From IMG/VR virus record IMGVR_UViG_3300042516_005475, positions 166,048 to 230,047 of that record: a DNA stretch of 64,000 nt. One strand, given 5' to 3'. Both the position numbers and the translations under genes were made by a program. The notes under the pieces were generated by a model. The model had not been told where the DNA came from, did no database searches, and saw only the letters and a list, made by a program, of their open reading frames with translations. This document shows, in pieces, positions 29,338 through 40,965 of the stretch (its first letter is position 1; each line of letters begins with the position of its first letter).

Positions 29338-30468
29338 TTGAGTCTATTAAAAAGGCTATACCTCAACCTTACTTAAGGCAGAAGATTTCTCTTGTTACAA
29401 GTATTAAACTAAATCAAAGTTGTGATATTGAGCAGGACTTGTCTACTAATATTAGAGACAATATTTGTTCTCATTTGTTCTGGGAACTTAAGAGAGAAGA
29501 TTCTAATTTCTTGCATAATGTTAATATCTATTAAAAATGCTATTCATGAGGCAGAGTCTCGGGCTTACTTTAGGCAGAACCTATCTGTTAATAACAATAT
29601 TAGAATGTATCTTAATTCTAATATTAAAAGAGACTTGTGTACTAATATCAGAGACAATCTTCATTCTCCTTTGTTCTGGGAATTGATAAGAGACTTCGAT
29701 TAATCTCAACATTAATGAATACTGCTAAAGAGTTTAGTGCTAATCATAAAATTCATACCAGACTCTATACGGATTTGCGGTTGAGTATGTTTGATGTGTT
29801 TAATTTTAATTGTTCACCAACGAGTAAAGAACTCTTAAAAAGTATATCTGATAATCTTAGACCCATTAACTTTATTAGCAATCAGATATATAGTAACTTA
29901 AATATTGAAAAATATGAATGAGATATCAATATCTATTAATAAAGAAATAATTGAAATGACTAATCAAGTTGATGTTATGATTGAAATGGCAAAAGATTCT
30001 GACAAATTAGAGAGTGAGAATTTTATTGCAAAACTAAACAATATTCCTTGGCCTGAGCCATTAGATCCTCCAACTACTACTGCTGAGGCAGAAGCCAGAC
30101 AAAGAAGGTTTGAAGATGATATCAATTAATAAAGAAATAGGTAAATACATTAATGGTTTAAAGGATTAATATGGAAGAATGTAAAGCTGCTGTACCTACG
30201 AAGAAAAACATGGGGCACTTCATACGCAAGTGGTATTATGGAGCTCTCTTTTGGATGTATTTGAACATATGGTGTCGGTATTGTTATCGCCATGTTATGC
30301 GATGGATGCATAAGTTTAATTTTCACCACACCACTGTAGTTAATATTGTAGAAGAAAAGAATGAATTGACAGGTAAACATCAACGCAAGCATTTGTGGTG
30401 TCAATGGTGTGGATTGCGAGGCGACATTTTAAAGTTTAATCATGATGAGTAATTGAATAAATAATATT

Positions 30469-31706
30469 ATGTTCAACGAATTAGCTAACTCTCTTATTCA
30501 AGAGAGTTTCCACCCAATCAGAGCTAAAGAGCGTATAAAAAAGTTAATTGAGACCCCTCAAGGAGCATTCCAATATGCTTTAAAAATTAAAAAAGGTAGA
30601 GCACCAGAAGTTGAGCCTATTATTTTAAAAAAAGCCTCTACAGCTATTCAATATGCTGCATTTATTATTAAAGGTAGATGGCCAGAGGCAGAGCCAATAA
30701 TATTAAAAAATGCTGCTACAGCTTACAATTATGCGCTTAATGTAATAGACGGTAGATGGCCAGAAGCTGAGCAAGTAATATTACAAAGCAATAATGCTTC
30801 TATCGCGTCATCTTATGCTGCGTTTGTAATAAATGGTAGATGGCCAGAGGCTGAACCAATAATTAAAGATAATCCTAGCGCTTCTCTCTCCTACGCAAAA
30901 TATTTACTAAAGGAAAGATTCCCAGCTGGAGAAAAAGCAATAAAAGAGAGCCCCGCACATGCAAAAGACTATGCTATTTTTGTTCTAAGAGATAGATGGC
31001 CTGAAGCTGAGCCTACTATTAAAAAGGATGAAGAACAATGGGAAAGTTATAAAGATTACTTTGGAATAGAGGAAGAAGATTAATATGCCATTAAAACCTA
31101 TTAATACTAAACCTAGAATAGATAAACTAAAGAAATGGCCTTATCATGCATATTATATTGCTAAAGATATTAAAAAAGGCAGATGGCCAGAAGCTGAACC
31201 TTATATCAAAAACGATGCCAGATGGGCATATTTCTATGCCAGAGACATCATCAAAGGCAGATGGCCAGAGGCTGATTCTGTGATCATGAATTCCAGATGG
31301 GCTGTAGCATACCTCACCATTATTTAATATGCCACTAAAACCTCTTAAAACTAAAGAAAGATTAAATGCTAAGATAGCTGAGATAAAATCATTACAACAT
31401 CGTTATAGTGCTGCTTCGGTCGCTAGAATGTCTTTTGAATTAGCTAATGGTATTGAAATACGCATACCAGAACTAGAACCCTTTATATTTAAAGATCATT
31501 GGGCTGCATATGAATATGTTAGATCAGTAGTAAAGAAACCTTTGCCAGAAGCTGAACCAATCATTCTAGATGACCCATGGACTGCCTTTTATTATGCTGT
31601 TAAAATTAAAAAAGAGAGATGGCCAGCAGCAGAACAAGTACTAAAAAACAACCAGTTAGAAGGTTTTTGGAACAAATATAAAGAAAAATTCAATATTAAA
31701 GACTAA
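30469..31706 (+). CDS. three tandem WPEAEP helical-repeat genes (30469-31083, 31085-31327, 31329-31706)
   Basis: ~24 aa unit A..YA..VIKGRWPEAEP.I; TAA-T-ATG junctions; TAAATA 30458-30463. Confidence 0.75.
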
Positions 31707-31788
31707 TTTGCCAGCCTCGCTGAATAAATCTGCCGCAAAAAAAAGCTTGAACTGCCTGTGAAAAGTTATAGAGATAATAAATATAAAC

Positions 31789-32094
31789 ATGAGCAACATC
31801 AATGACCCAATTTTCGAGGCTTATAGAGATATGGATCGTTCAGCAGGATTTAGAAGATTCATGGCTAGTCAACAAAACAAACCAGAGACTAATTCAGAAG
31901 AACAATCTAGCTGGGCAGATAAAATCTCTGCGACATCTGAACATGGACAAATGGTAGCTAATAAACTAAAAGAAATATTCAAAGAGAATCACGGATTATC
32001 ACCAGCATTGTGGGGAAGAGCCTTGAAGATATGCAATGAGTTAACTAAACTAATTGATGAAGCTAATTCAAATATGGGGAAAATGATTAAATAA
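31789..32094 (+). CDS. hypothetical late protein
   Basis: TAAATA 31778-31783; MSNINDPIFE leader. Confidence 0.6.
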   Translation: MSNINDPIFEAYRDMDRSAGFRRFMASQQNKPETNSEEQSSWADKISATSEHGQMVANKLKEIFKENHGLSPALWGRALKICNELTKLIDEANSNMGKMIK

Positions 32095-32104
32095 TAAGAA
32101 AAAG

Positions 32105-32133
32105 AAGAGCCCTCTGTTTCGAGGGCTTTTTTT
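32105..32133. terminator. probable bidirectional terminator
   Basis: A-run, AGAGCCCTC/GAGGGCTTT hairpin, T-run between convergent genes. Confidence 0.75.
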
Positions 32134-32878
32134 ATCGTCTATTAGAATTAATTGAAGATTGTACATTTCTCATAGTAGTATTTCTTCTGTTACCTACATC
32201 ACTAGACATGTTACGCAATTCATCTGCACTTAAATTACCTTGCTTTAAACGCTCTCTTTTTAGTCTCAAATCTTGCAAGTCTGCTAACATTTGTTTGTAC
32301 TTCTCTTTAATTTCTGGAGAAAGCTTAGGGTCTTTTAATTTATTGTTTATACTTGCCTCTTGTTGCGCGTATGGATCAGGCTCTTGATTAGGGGTTTGCT
32401 GGGATTGGGATTGATAAGCACTTACTGGAGTCCCGCAATTAAGGCAAAATCTATCTCCAGAGTTTAATTTAGAACCGCAGTTACCACAAAAGCCTCCTGC
32501 TTGTTGCTGTTGTTGATTCTGATTAGATCTTTGCTGTTGTTGATTCTGATTAGTCTGCTGTTGTTGATTCTGATTAGATCTTTGCTGTTGTTGATTCTGA
32601 TTAGTCTGCTGTTGAGTTGGTGTACTATTGTTCAAAGCTTCATAAGCAGCCTGTATTTTAATAAAATCATTATGAGTATCTCTCCCTGAGGTGTCAGGAT
32701 GATATTGTATAGATAATTTTCTAAAAGATTTCTTTAATTCATCTTTGGATAAATTACCAGCATTATTAATACCATATTGCTGCATTATTTGTATAGCCTC
32801 ATCTCTTGAATAAGTTTCTTCCAAAAAAATATTACTGCCAAATAAAACCTCATCAATTAAAGAGCTTAAAAGTCTCAT
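32132..32878 (-). CDS. J-domain (DnaJ-like) protein with Q/N repeat and zinc ribbon
   Basis: LKKSFRKLSIQYHPD...FIKIQAAYEAL; Q/N tract; FCGNCG...FCLNCG. Confidence 0.85.
   Translation of the reverse strand: MRLLSSLIDEVLFGSNIFLEETYSRDEAIQIMQQYGINNAGNLSKDELKKSFRKLSIQYHPDTSGRDTHNDFIKIQAAYEALNNSTPTQQQTNQNQQQQRSNQNQQQQTNQNQQQQRSNQNQQQQQAGGFCGNCGSKLNSGDRFCLNCGTPVSAYQSQSQQTPNQEPDPYAQQEASINNKLKDPKLSPEIKEKYKQMLADLQDLRLKRERLKQGNLSADELRNMSSDVGNRRNTTMRNVQSSINSNRR
32506..32614. repeat. alternating 27/24-nt tandem repeat encoding the Q/N tract
   Basis: gattagatctttgctgttgttgattct and gattagtctgctgttgttgattct units. Confidence 0.85.
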
Positions 32879-32946
32879 AAGAATATTTATGAAATTTTCC
32901 TAAAAAAGCTTGAACTGCCTGTGAAAAGTTCATATCATAAGTAGGA

Positions 32947-33243
32947 ATGTTTAAAGAAGACGACTCCATCCAACCGTTCACTGGCTCCATCGATGCACTC
33001 CTTGAGCAATCTATGATGCTAGATCCTAATGCTATTGCTCTTCAGGTAGAAGAAGAAAAGTATAATCTGGGTATGTTGGAAATTATGCGTATGTTCGAAT
33101 GTACTTACGAAGAGGCTGAGTTCTTGTTCAATGAGGCTCAACAGCAAATGATCAAACAAGAGCTTGAGGCGCTCATCGCTGAGGGTAAAGTAAAGATCGT
33201 CGGAACCGATGAAAGTGGGAATACCCTGTATGCCTCTGCCTGA
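32947..33243 (+). CDS. hypothetical acidic protein
   Basis: 98 aa after TTGAAC-17-TATCAT promoter. Confidence 0.55.
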   Translation: MFKEDDSIQPFTGSIDALLEQSMMLDPNAIALQVEEEKYNLGMLEIMRMFECTYEEAEFLFNEAQQQMIKQELEALIAEGKVKIVGTDESGNTLYASA

Positions 33244-33313
33244 GTTTCCCGGAGAAACTTCTTGAGGTTCCCCACGTTCGCCTCCATAATGTATGGGTAG
33301 TTAAGAACATCAT

Positions 33314-34222
33314 ATGGACCTCAACATTACCAAATCCGACTTCATCCGCGTTGCCGACGTCAAGATCAGCGATATCTTTTATCGCCGTCTTCAGACCGGC
33401 ATTACTAAGATCGACGAGTTCATGAGCGGTGGTTTCTTGCCTGGCTCTAGCTTTACTCTGGCTGCTTCGCCTGGTACTGGTAAGACTACTCTTATGCTGC
33501 AGATCCTTGAGTCTCTTGCTAAGCAAGGCTACAAGGTTGGTTACATCTCCGGTGAGGAGAATATTATGCAGGTTGCCTATACCTGTCAGCGTATCAAGGT
33601 TGAGAACGTTATGGTTCGCAACGAGACTAACATTAACGAGATTAAGAAGGTGATGCAAGACTTCGATCTTATCATCATTGACAGCTTTCAGTGCTTGACT
33701 GGCGATGTTAATATGAGCTCTGTTGAGCGTGAGAAGTATATCCTCAAAGAGCTGTTGCCTGAGGCTAAGTCTACTGAGTGTGTCATTGGCTTCATTATGC
33801 ATATGACTAAGGATGGTAAGAACATGAAGGGTTCTACTTTGGTTCCGCATTCTGTTGACGCTAACCTTACTCTCGATATTGACGAAGAAGGTGATGACGG
33901 CACTCGCGTTCTTGGTACTCAGAAGAATCGCTTTGGCTCTCTCAACCAGGTCAGCTTGTACATGGGTTCTACTGGTTATGACTTTGATGCCAAGATTGAG
34001 GTGTTCAATGCTGAGAAGAAGGCTGCCCCTAAGAAGGACCGCAAGGCTGCTGACATGGAGAAGATTATGAATCTCGGCAATGAGTTTACTATTGAGCAGG
34101 TTATGCCTATTGCTAACGGAGACTATTGCCGCGCTCAGTACTTGCTGCGTAACTTGCTCAGTAGCAACAAGCTGACTAAGAGCGGTCGCGGCAATGAGGC
34201 TAAGTTTCAGGTCATTAACTAA
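33314..34222 (+). CDS. radA: RadA/Sms-like RecA-family ATPase lacking N-terminal Zn finger and Lon-like domain
   Basis: GGFLPGS, ASPGTGKTT, YISGEE, IIIDSFQ, PHSVD, KNRFG. Confidence 0.85.
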   Translation: MDLNITKSDFIRVADVKISDIFYRRLQTGITKIDEFMSGGFLPGSSFTLAASPGTGKTTLMLQILESLAKQGYKVGYISGEENIMQVAYTCQRIKVENVMVRNETNINEIKKVMQDFDLIIIDSFQCLTGDVNMSSVEREKYILKELLPEAKSTECVIGFIMHMTKDGKNMKGSTLVPHSVDANLTLDIDEEGDDGTRVLGTQKNRFGSLNQVSLYMGSTGYDFDAKIEVFNAEKKAAPKKDRKAADMEKIMNLGNEFTIEQVMPIANGDYCRAQYLLRNLLSSNKLTKSGRGNEAKFQVIN

Positions 34223-34255
34223 TCAACAATAACAAACTATAACATAACAAACTAT

Positions 34256-34657
34256 ATGAAACGTAATAACAAAGCTGGTTTTACTCTCGTTGAGCTGATG
34301 ATTAGTGTCGTTATCTTTTTCATCGTTATCTCAACCATTATTGGTATTAGTGGCATTATTATTGGCAAGAGCGACGGTAAGCGAGTTGGTACTATTACTA
34401 AATTCAGTCACAAGGGCTTGTTTGTTAAGAGCTACGAAGGCGAACTCAATATGGGTGGTTTTCGCGATCGTACTGACAGTGAAGGTAAGCATAGCGTTGT
34501 TGGCAACGTTTGGGAGTTTAGCTGCAGCAATCCTGAGGTTGCTAAGAAGTTGGATAATTTGCTTGGCAAGCAAGTCGTTATTCAGTATCATCAGAGCTTC
34601 AAAGGGTTCAAGATGGATACTAGCTATGATGTTGTTAGCGTAGAGGAAGTGAAATAA
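34256..34657 (+). CDS. prepilin-type N-terminal domain fused to an OB-like domain
   Basis: KAG|FTLVELMISVVIFFIV; G.RVG.ITKFSHKG..VKSYEGEL C-terminal domain. Confidence 0.75.
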   Translation: MKRNNKAGFTLVELMISVVIFFIVISTIIGISGIIIGKSDGKRVGTITKFSHKGLFVKSYEGELNMGGFRDRTDSEGKHSVVGNVWEFSCSNPEVAKKLDNLLGKQVVIQYHQSFKGFKMDTSYDVVSVEEVK

Positions 34658-37600
34658 ATGAGACTCAAAGAGACTGGCGAATACAAAGAGCCAATTAGTC
34701 TCAAGTATGGCCAGAGCTTGTTCGTAGATATGTGGGATAAGTATTACCTCTACGAAGAATGCTCTGGTACATCTTTTGACTTTAGATTGAATAGATACTT
34801 AGAAGATAGGTCTCGTAGTATAAATTACTTTAATTCTAACTATATTAAGATGATTATAAAATGGAATCGTTAAAGAATAAATTCTACAACGAGTTGGATC
34901 TTAAATTAAGTGCCAATTTAACTAATCGTATGGATAATAAGTTGGCAAATAATTTTTATGGTTATTTGCTAAACAAGCTCAATTATAGTTTGTATTGGCA
35001 GCTTGATTTAGTTTACTGTAATCGAATTGCTGACGAGATACACTTATCCTTAACAGATGAAAAATGAGGCTCAAAATATGTCTATTATTCTAATGTTAGA
35101 AGACAAGTTAGTAGAAAGAGTTCGTAAAGATGTTCTCAAAAAGAGTATCAAGATAGACCCAAAAGTTGACGATCTACTTTATATTAATTTGAGTAGATCT
35201 ATTGTATCGTTAGATATACAATTAAGCGATGAGTTGATGGGATGGTAGAGATACTATGAAAAACATGAAGGGTAAATCTATAAAAGGTAAAATGATAATG
35301 AGACAGATGGCTGTCAAAGATTCTTTCTTTAATAATATCTCTAAACAATTAGGTAGAGGGTACAAGTGGAAGATTTATATTGATTTTGGTAATGATTTGT
35401 TTATTATAGAAGAAGCTAGTGATGAGATACATAAGAGCCTTTCTATAGAAAACTACAAAAAGAAGCTATGAAGCCAATCAAGAAAAAATTATTTGCATTG
35501 TACTTAGATAACCGATTGTATCAGGTTTTAAGTACGCAAATGTTTTTTGATGTTCATTGGGATATTTCAGGAAAATTGTTTAATGATTTGCATGATAAAA
35601 TGTTAACGGTTAGTCAAAGAGTTGAAAATAGACTAGTCAAAGAGAGGCGAATAGGAGAAGTATGACATCCATTAAAGGCAAACTACTAGAGCCAGATAAT
35701 AATGCTCTCTATAGTCTCGATTTAATCTCTAAGATTAATAATTTGTACAATAATATTCCAAAACATATAGATGGCCTTTTTCTTTTTAGGCAGCTATCAT
35801 TGATGTTGTCAGAAGAAATTAACGATGGCTTAAAAGATGAAATCAAGAAAAGAAAACTCTCTAAAAGAAAAACTATTTAACAAACTGCGAATAAAATTAG
35901 AGAGTAATCTGCTCTCTACCGTCTGTTCTGATCCTATTATCATCGACAATTTCAAAATAATCAGGAGACATAATTTGAGGCTAGCAATTAGGATTCGCAA
36001 TAGTACACTTATACCATATGTATATAAAGAATAAAGAGTCTATAATTTGTGCATTAAATCCTGTTTTTATTTCTACTATATTGGGCAGAGCGTTGAATGT
36101 AAAAGTTGACTGTAAACTTATAAGTGCATTACACTTTGCCTTGTCTGAAGAGCTTTTAAGTAAAGTTAGGATTAATATTTCTCAAGGAATATCGGACGAA
36201 TTATATGAAGAAAAAAAGCAAATCAATTAGTAAAAAAATTCTCCTCAATCAATTTAAGTTTCAAGATCAATTAGAAAATACAAGGCAGAAGTACTTTCAT
36301 AAAGAATTACGTATAGACTTCGAGATAAGCCTTTATAATAGGTTATATGTTCAGCTGACTTATGACTACCTGTAAAGTAAACATTCGTAAAGTGCTTTTA
36401 AGTCAAGTTAAAAAGCTGAAGCTTAACCTTGAAATTAATACATCTAAACGATTAGATAATAGTTTATATTGGGATCTCACTAAAAGAGAGAACCACATGT
36501 ATATTATTTTTTATCTACGTCCCAAAGCCATTTACAATGAACAGCTTAAAAAAGATTTATATTGATTCACTTGAACAAAATTTATTTCGTAAGACACAAA
36601 ATACTCTTGATAGAAAGATTGTGTCTGAAATGATTAAAAATATTAATCTATCTTTAGTGTGGGCTGTGCATGATGAGCTATATATAAACCCAATTAAACG
36701 TGAAAATGTCTCTAAGATCAAAAATTAATCGCTCTCTGGCTAGTCCATGTACTGATGATAGATTTAAAGAACTAAACAAAATAAGCACTAAAATTATTGC
36801 CACTTTACATACTCAATTGTATAATAATATCCAACAAACATTAGATCATCAAATATTCGTGGGACTATTAGGTATAAAACATGACATCAACAAAGAATAA
36901 AATTGTTAGTAGCGTTAGTCTTCACCTTGACACTTGTTTGTATAAACAAACAAATCAAAAAGATTATTTAAAATTGGTTGGTACTTTAGACGATAATTTA
37001 CATGAATTGTTACTTAATCAAATGTGCCTAAAGATTCATAGCAAACTCTTGTTTAACAGAGAAAACTTTATATACCTAAACTTTGAGGTGTTCTAGCAAA
37101 TGTGCCTAGATCTTCATAACAAACTCTTATTTAACAGTGAAACCTATATACCTTAAACTTTGCGGCACTCTATCTAAGTACATTAACAAACATGTTACTC
37201 TAGATAGATATTATGTCAGCCCTTATTATGGCAGCCCTTATTTTATTACCAAATATGATATTTCAAATAGTTCTTATAAACAATTGAAACATAAATTTGA
37301 TGATGAACTATTCGATGTAACCTACAACAATATTAACAATGCCATTAAGAAAGAACTGCTTAAAACTATTCATCGCTAATATTTTTGAAAAGGTGAATCA
37401 TGACAACCTGAAGGATATTTGCCCTAAACTTCTCTCCGAAATTTTAGTTGACTATGAGGTCAAGGTAGCCCATAATATAGCCAATCACATAGAGTTAGCA
37501 ACCTTTAGCCATATTATTGAGGATCATGAACTCGTGCGCTGGTAAAGTATCAGTCAGAAAAGAAATTAATCGGGTGATATATAGTACTTACGCTATATCT

Positions 37601-40600
37601 AAGTTGACAAAATCAAAGAGAGATGTTATAGAATCAAAACTATTCTACAATACAGACTTACCCTACAATACTGTACATTGGCATTTATATCATGAGCTTA
37701 AGACAGGAAATTGAAATGAGAATGTTAGAGAGTAAGCGTAATATGTGTGCTCATTACACATTGAATGCTTTCTCAAATGCTAAGCCTAAAAACAAAATAG
37801 AGCAAAAAATATGGGGAGATAATTCTATTTCTGATCTTATTCAATTGCTAGAATACAATTTACGAGAACATCTATATGACTAAACAAAAAAGACAACCAG
37901 TAAATTTCTCTTGCTTCGATAACCTATACGTGACTTCTGAAAAGTTGTTGCTTAATTCTTTGTATTATACTTTAAATGATAACATTCAAATAAAGCTTTA
38001 TAATAACATATATAATAATTTTAATCGCAATTTAAGGACTCAACTAAAAAATGAAGGCTATCGCTCGTAAATTAACTTTTTTAAATGGGACCCCTTATCG
38101 AGTTAAATGTGGTAAGAAGTTGTTCTATTATTTAGAATTAATATTTCATAAAAAATTAGGACAAGAATCTGTGAGTAGAATTAATGTACAATTAGTAAAT
38201 GAATTACTAAACAATGAAAAGCGTTAAAATTCTAATTATAACTAATGCATTTTTTCATGCTAGTATTAGAAATGCTGTCGTCTCTAAATTAAAAGATGAA
38301 GCTATATCAGATCTAGAAGTTAAAATGTGGACTGACCTATATGGATTAATATGGTCTAATGTTTATGAACCTTTAAGCAGTGAACTCAATAAAAACTGAA
38401 ATAACTAATAAAGTACTTTATCATTGGAGTATAAAGTATAATAAGATTCTCTCATCTGATGCTCTCATTAGTTATTGGAGAAATAATCCATTTGCCTTTG
38501 TTAACGATGCCTTGTTCGTTGGCTTAAATGATAAACAAAATGAAGAAATCTGATAACATCAAGAAACAACTACAAGGGTTTAAAGACACAATCTACAAGG
38601 TCTACTACATGAAACAAACATCTTCTTTCAATAGGTGTATTGACTTATATGGTGAACTCAGCCATAATCTTAACAGCAATTTAACTAATCACACTGAGAG
38701 GCAATTAAAAAATGAAAGAAGAAACGCACATTTTAAAACTGGAAAAAGAGCGCAGAAGGCTCTATACTAGAATAAACAATAGCTGTGGAGTAGTTACAGC
38801 TATGTTGCAAACACCCTTTTATTATAAAGAGCTCTATCAACCAATAGAATTTGCAATGATCATAGAGAATGAATTAGAAAATGAAATCGATTAGACTAAA
38901 AATGATAGTTAAAATGCACTTCAGCAGAGATACTCGAATTAAAATTACTCCTGAAACTGTAGAAAAACTATACAACCCCTTATGGGCTAATCTACAAGTT
39001 AACATCTCACGAAATTTAGCCAATAAATTGATATTCAAAAATATTTTAGAAGACTATGAAAAATAAAGAGGTTCTCCATAAAATGAATGAGCAACGCAAT
39101 TGGGCTATTGGTAGATGCAATCCTATTATTGATAAAATTATTAACCGAGAGATTTTACTAAATAGTTTTGTAGATTTTAGTTTTCAAATGCGGTCGCTTA
39201 ATGTTAATGTAATGAGAGATTTGTTAAATGAAACCTAAAACCCTCAGATTTAAAATACAAGATCAAATCAATGATAGCTTCTGTACTACCCGAACTCTGG
39301 GCAGAAACGATAAGTGGGAAGAATTAGATAGTACTTTGTTATTTTTCTTATATTATGAGTTAGAGCATATTATTCAGCATTCTTTATCAGAGGAGTTAAA
39401 TGAAGCCAAAATATCTTAGACACAAAATAAACGAGAAATTACATGCTCATCGTTTTAGAATCATTTTACATGAGCAAATAATAGATTTGTCTAGGCAAGA
39501 TTTATATAGAAAGTTAGCTAACCCATTGTATGATAATAGCCTTGAGGATACAATAGGGTGGGAATTGAGAAAACAAATAAAGAATGAAATCAAAAAACAT
39601 TAGACAAAAAATACAAGAGAACTTATTTGATCTTCGTTTTAGAATTGCCTTACAAGAGCAAATAATAGACTTGCTTAAAGATCAATTAATTAAAAAGTTA
39701 GCTAATCCATTGTATACTAATAGCCTTGAGGATATAATAGACTCTGAACTTAGAAAACAAATACTGAATGAAGCCAATTAAAACTAGTTTAAACGTACTT
39801 TATCTTTACCATTCATTGACAGAATTGAGTACTATTGTTCGTAACAAGTTATCCAATGAGCTTTATCACCCTTTATTTGTTAATATTGATAGGGGCATTA
39901 GCATGATAAAGAGGAGAGAACTTAAAAAATGAAGCCAATTAAAGATAAACTTAGAGAAAAGCTATTCTATAACTGTTATTATAGATTTAGCAATGAGTAC
40001 TATAAAAAGGTATCGTATGGATGCTATGTTAGGGTGTCAGGCAAACTAAACATTGAACTCAAAGAAAAATGTGATGAGGTAAATTATCAAGTAAGTGAAC
40101 AATTACTCTGGAGCAATGAAAACAAAAAGAAACTTATATTTTAACATATCCAATAAGGCAGTAGTTATGGGTCAAAAATTACACCTCAGTGTGAGTAAAC
40201 AAACTAACTTAGAATACTTTCAACCAGTTGAAGTTAAACTAAATTGTGCTTTGCATAAAAACTTAGAGGCTCAATTGTTCTACGTTATAAAAGACTCATT
40301 AGTTCATCATAAAACAATTTCAACATAAATGAAACCTTTAACTAAAGAAATACATTCAAAATTGATTTGTAAATTAGAAACAAAATTGAATAGACCATAT
40401 TATAGTAACCTAAAAAACGAGCCAAGATGGAAACTACAAAATGCATTTAATGTTGTTTATAATGACCTAGACCAAATAAACAAAAGGTTAGAACACTTCT
40501 GAATGCTTATAATATTATCTATGACTTTAATCACTCATAAAATAATGGAAAGGCTAGTGAGCAAAATGGAAATGAATCTGTATAGAGCCATGTATTACTC

Positions 40601-40927
40601 TCTCAAAAACAAATGTTACACTCGCTTTCAAAACCAATTCAACTCCGAATTGTATCACCTTATACACAATAGATTAAACTTCTCCATTAGGAGCAACTTA
40701 AGAGAAGAATGAAACCATTAACAGTTAGCATAATTAATAAACTATACAATGAATTGGAAACTAATTTGTATAATGCCTTGTATTGGAACACTAAAGCTAA
40801 TGCATATACCGCTTTACAATCAAGACTCTTTGCTGGGTTATATATCGAGTTGAATAATAGATTAAACGAAACTGTTGATAATAACCTCTTTGATGAGCAA
40901 TTAAAACTTCATAACCATACCAATTAA
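34658..40927 (+). other. tandem array of 30+ translationally coupled ~55-80 aa helical mini-genes
   Basis: Continuous overlapping ORFs, many starting MK(P/S)(I/L)K.K(L/I), with L..xLYxxL periodicity and ATGA-type overlaps. Confidence 0.7.
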
Positions 40928-40965
40928 AGGAAGATTAGTTAAGAGAGGCATATTAAATAACCTAT

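Larger units (their letters stand above)
5690..33290 (+). promoter_or_regulatory. family of 14 sigma70-like early promoters with a TTCC(TG)-type spacer element (dispersed; span given)
   Basis: -35 hexamers start at 5690, 7690, 12883, 14354, 14607, 20874, 21650, 22045, 23395, 24587, 26128, 27200, 27485, 33262; each with a 17-nt spacer then TATACT/CATAAT-like box. Confidence 0.8.

Noticed and set aside
31747-31775. Functional early promoter at the first 29-bp repeat
   Set aside because: No acceptable -10 hexamer at 17-nt spacing
39400-39781. Diversity-generating retroelement TR/VR pair
   Set aside because: Differences are not adenine-specific and no reverse transcriptase is in the window
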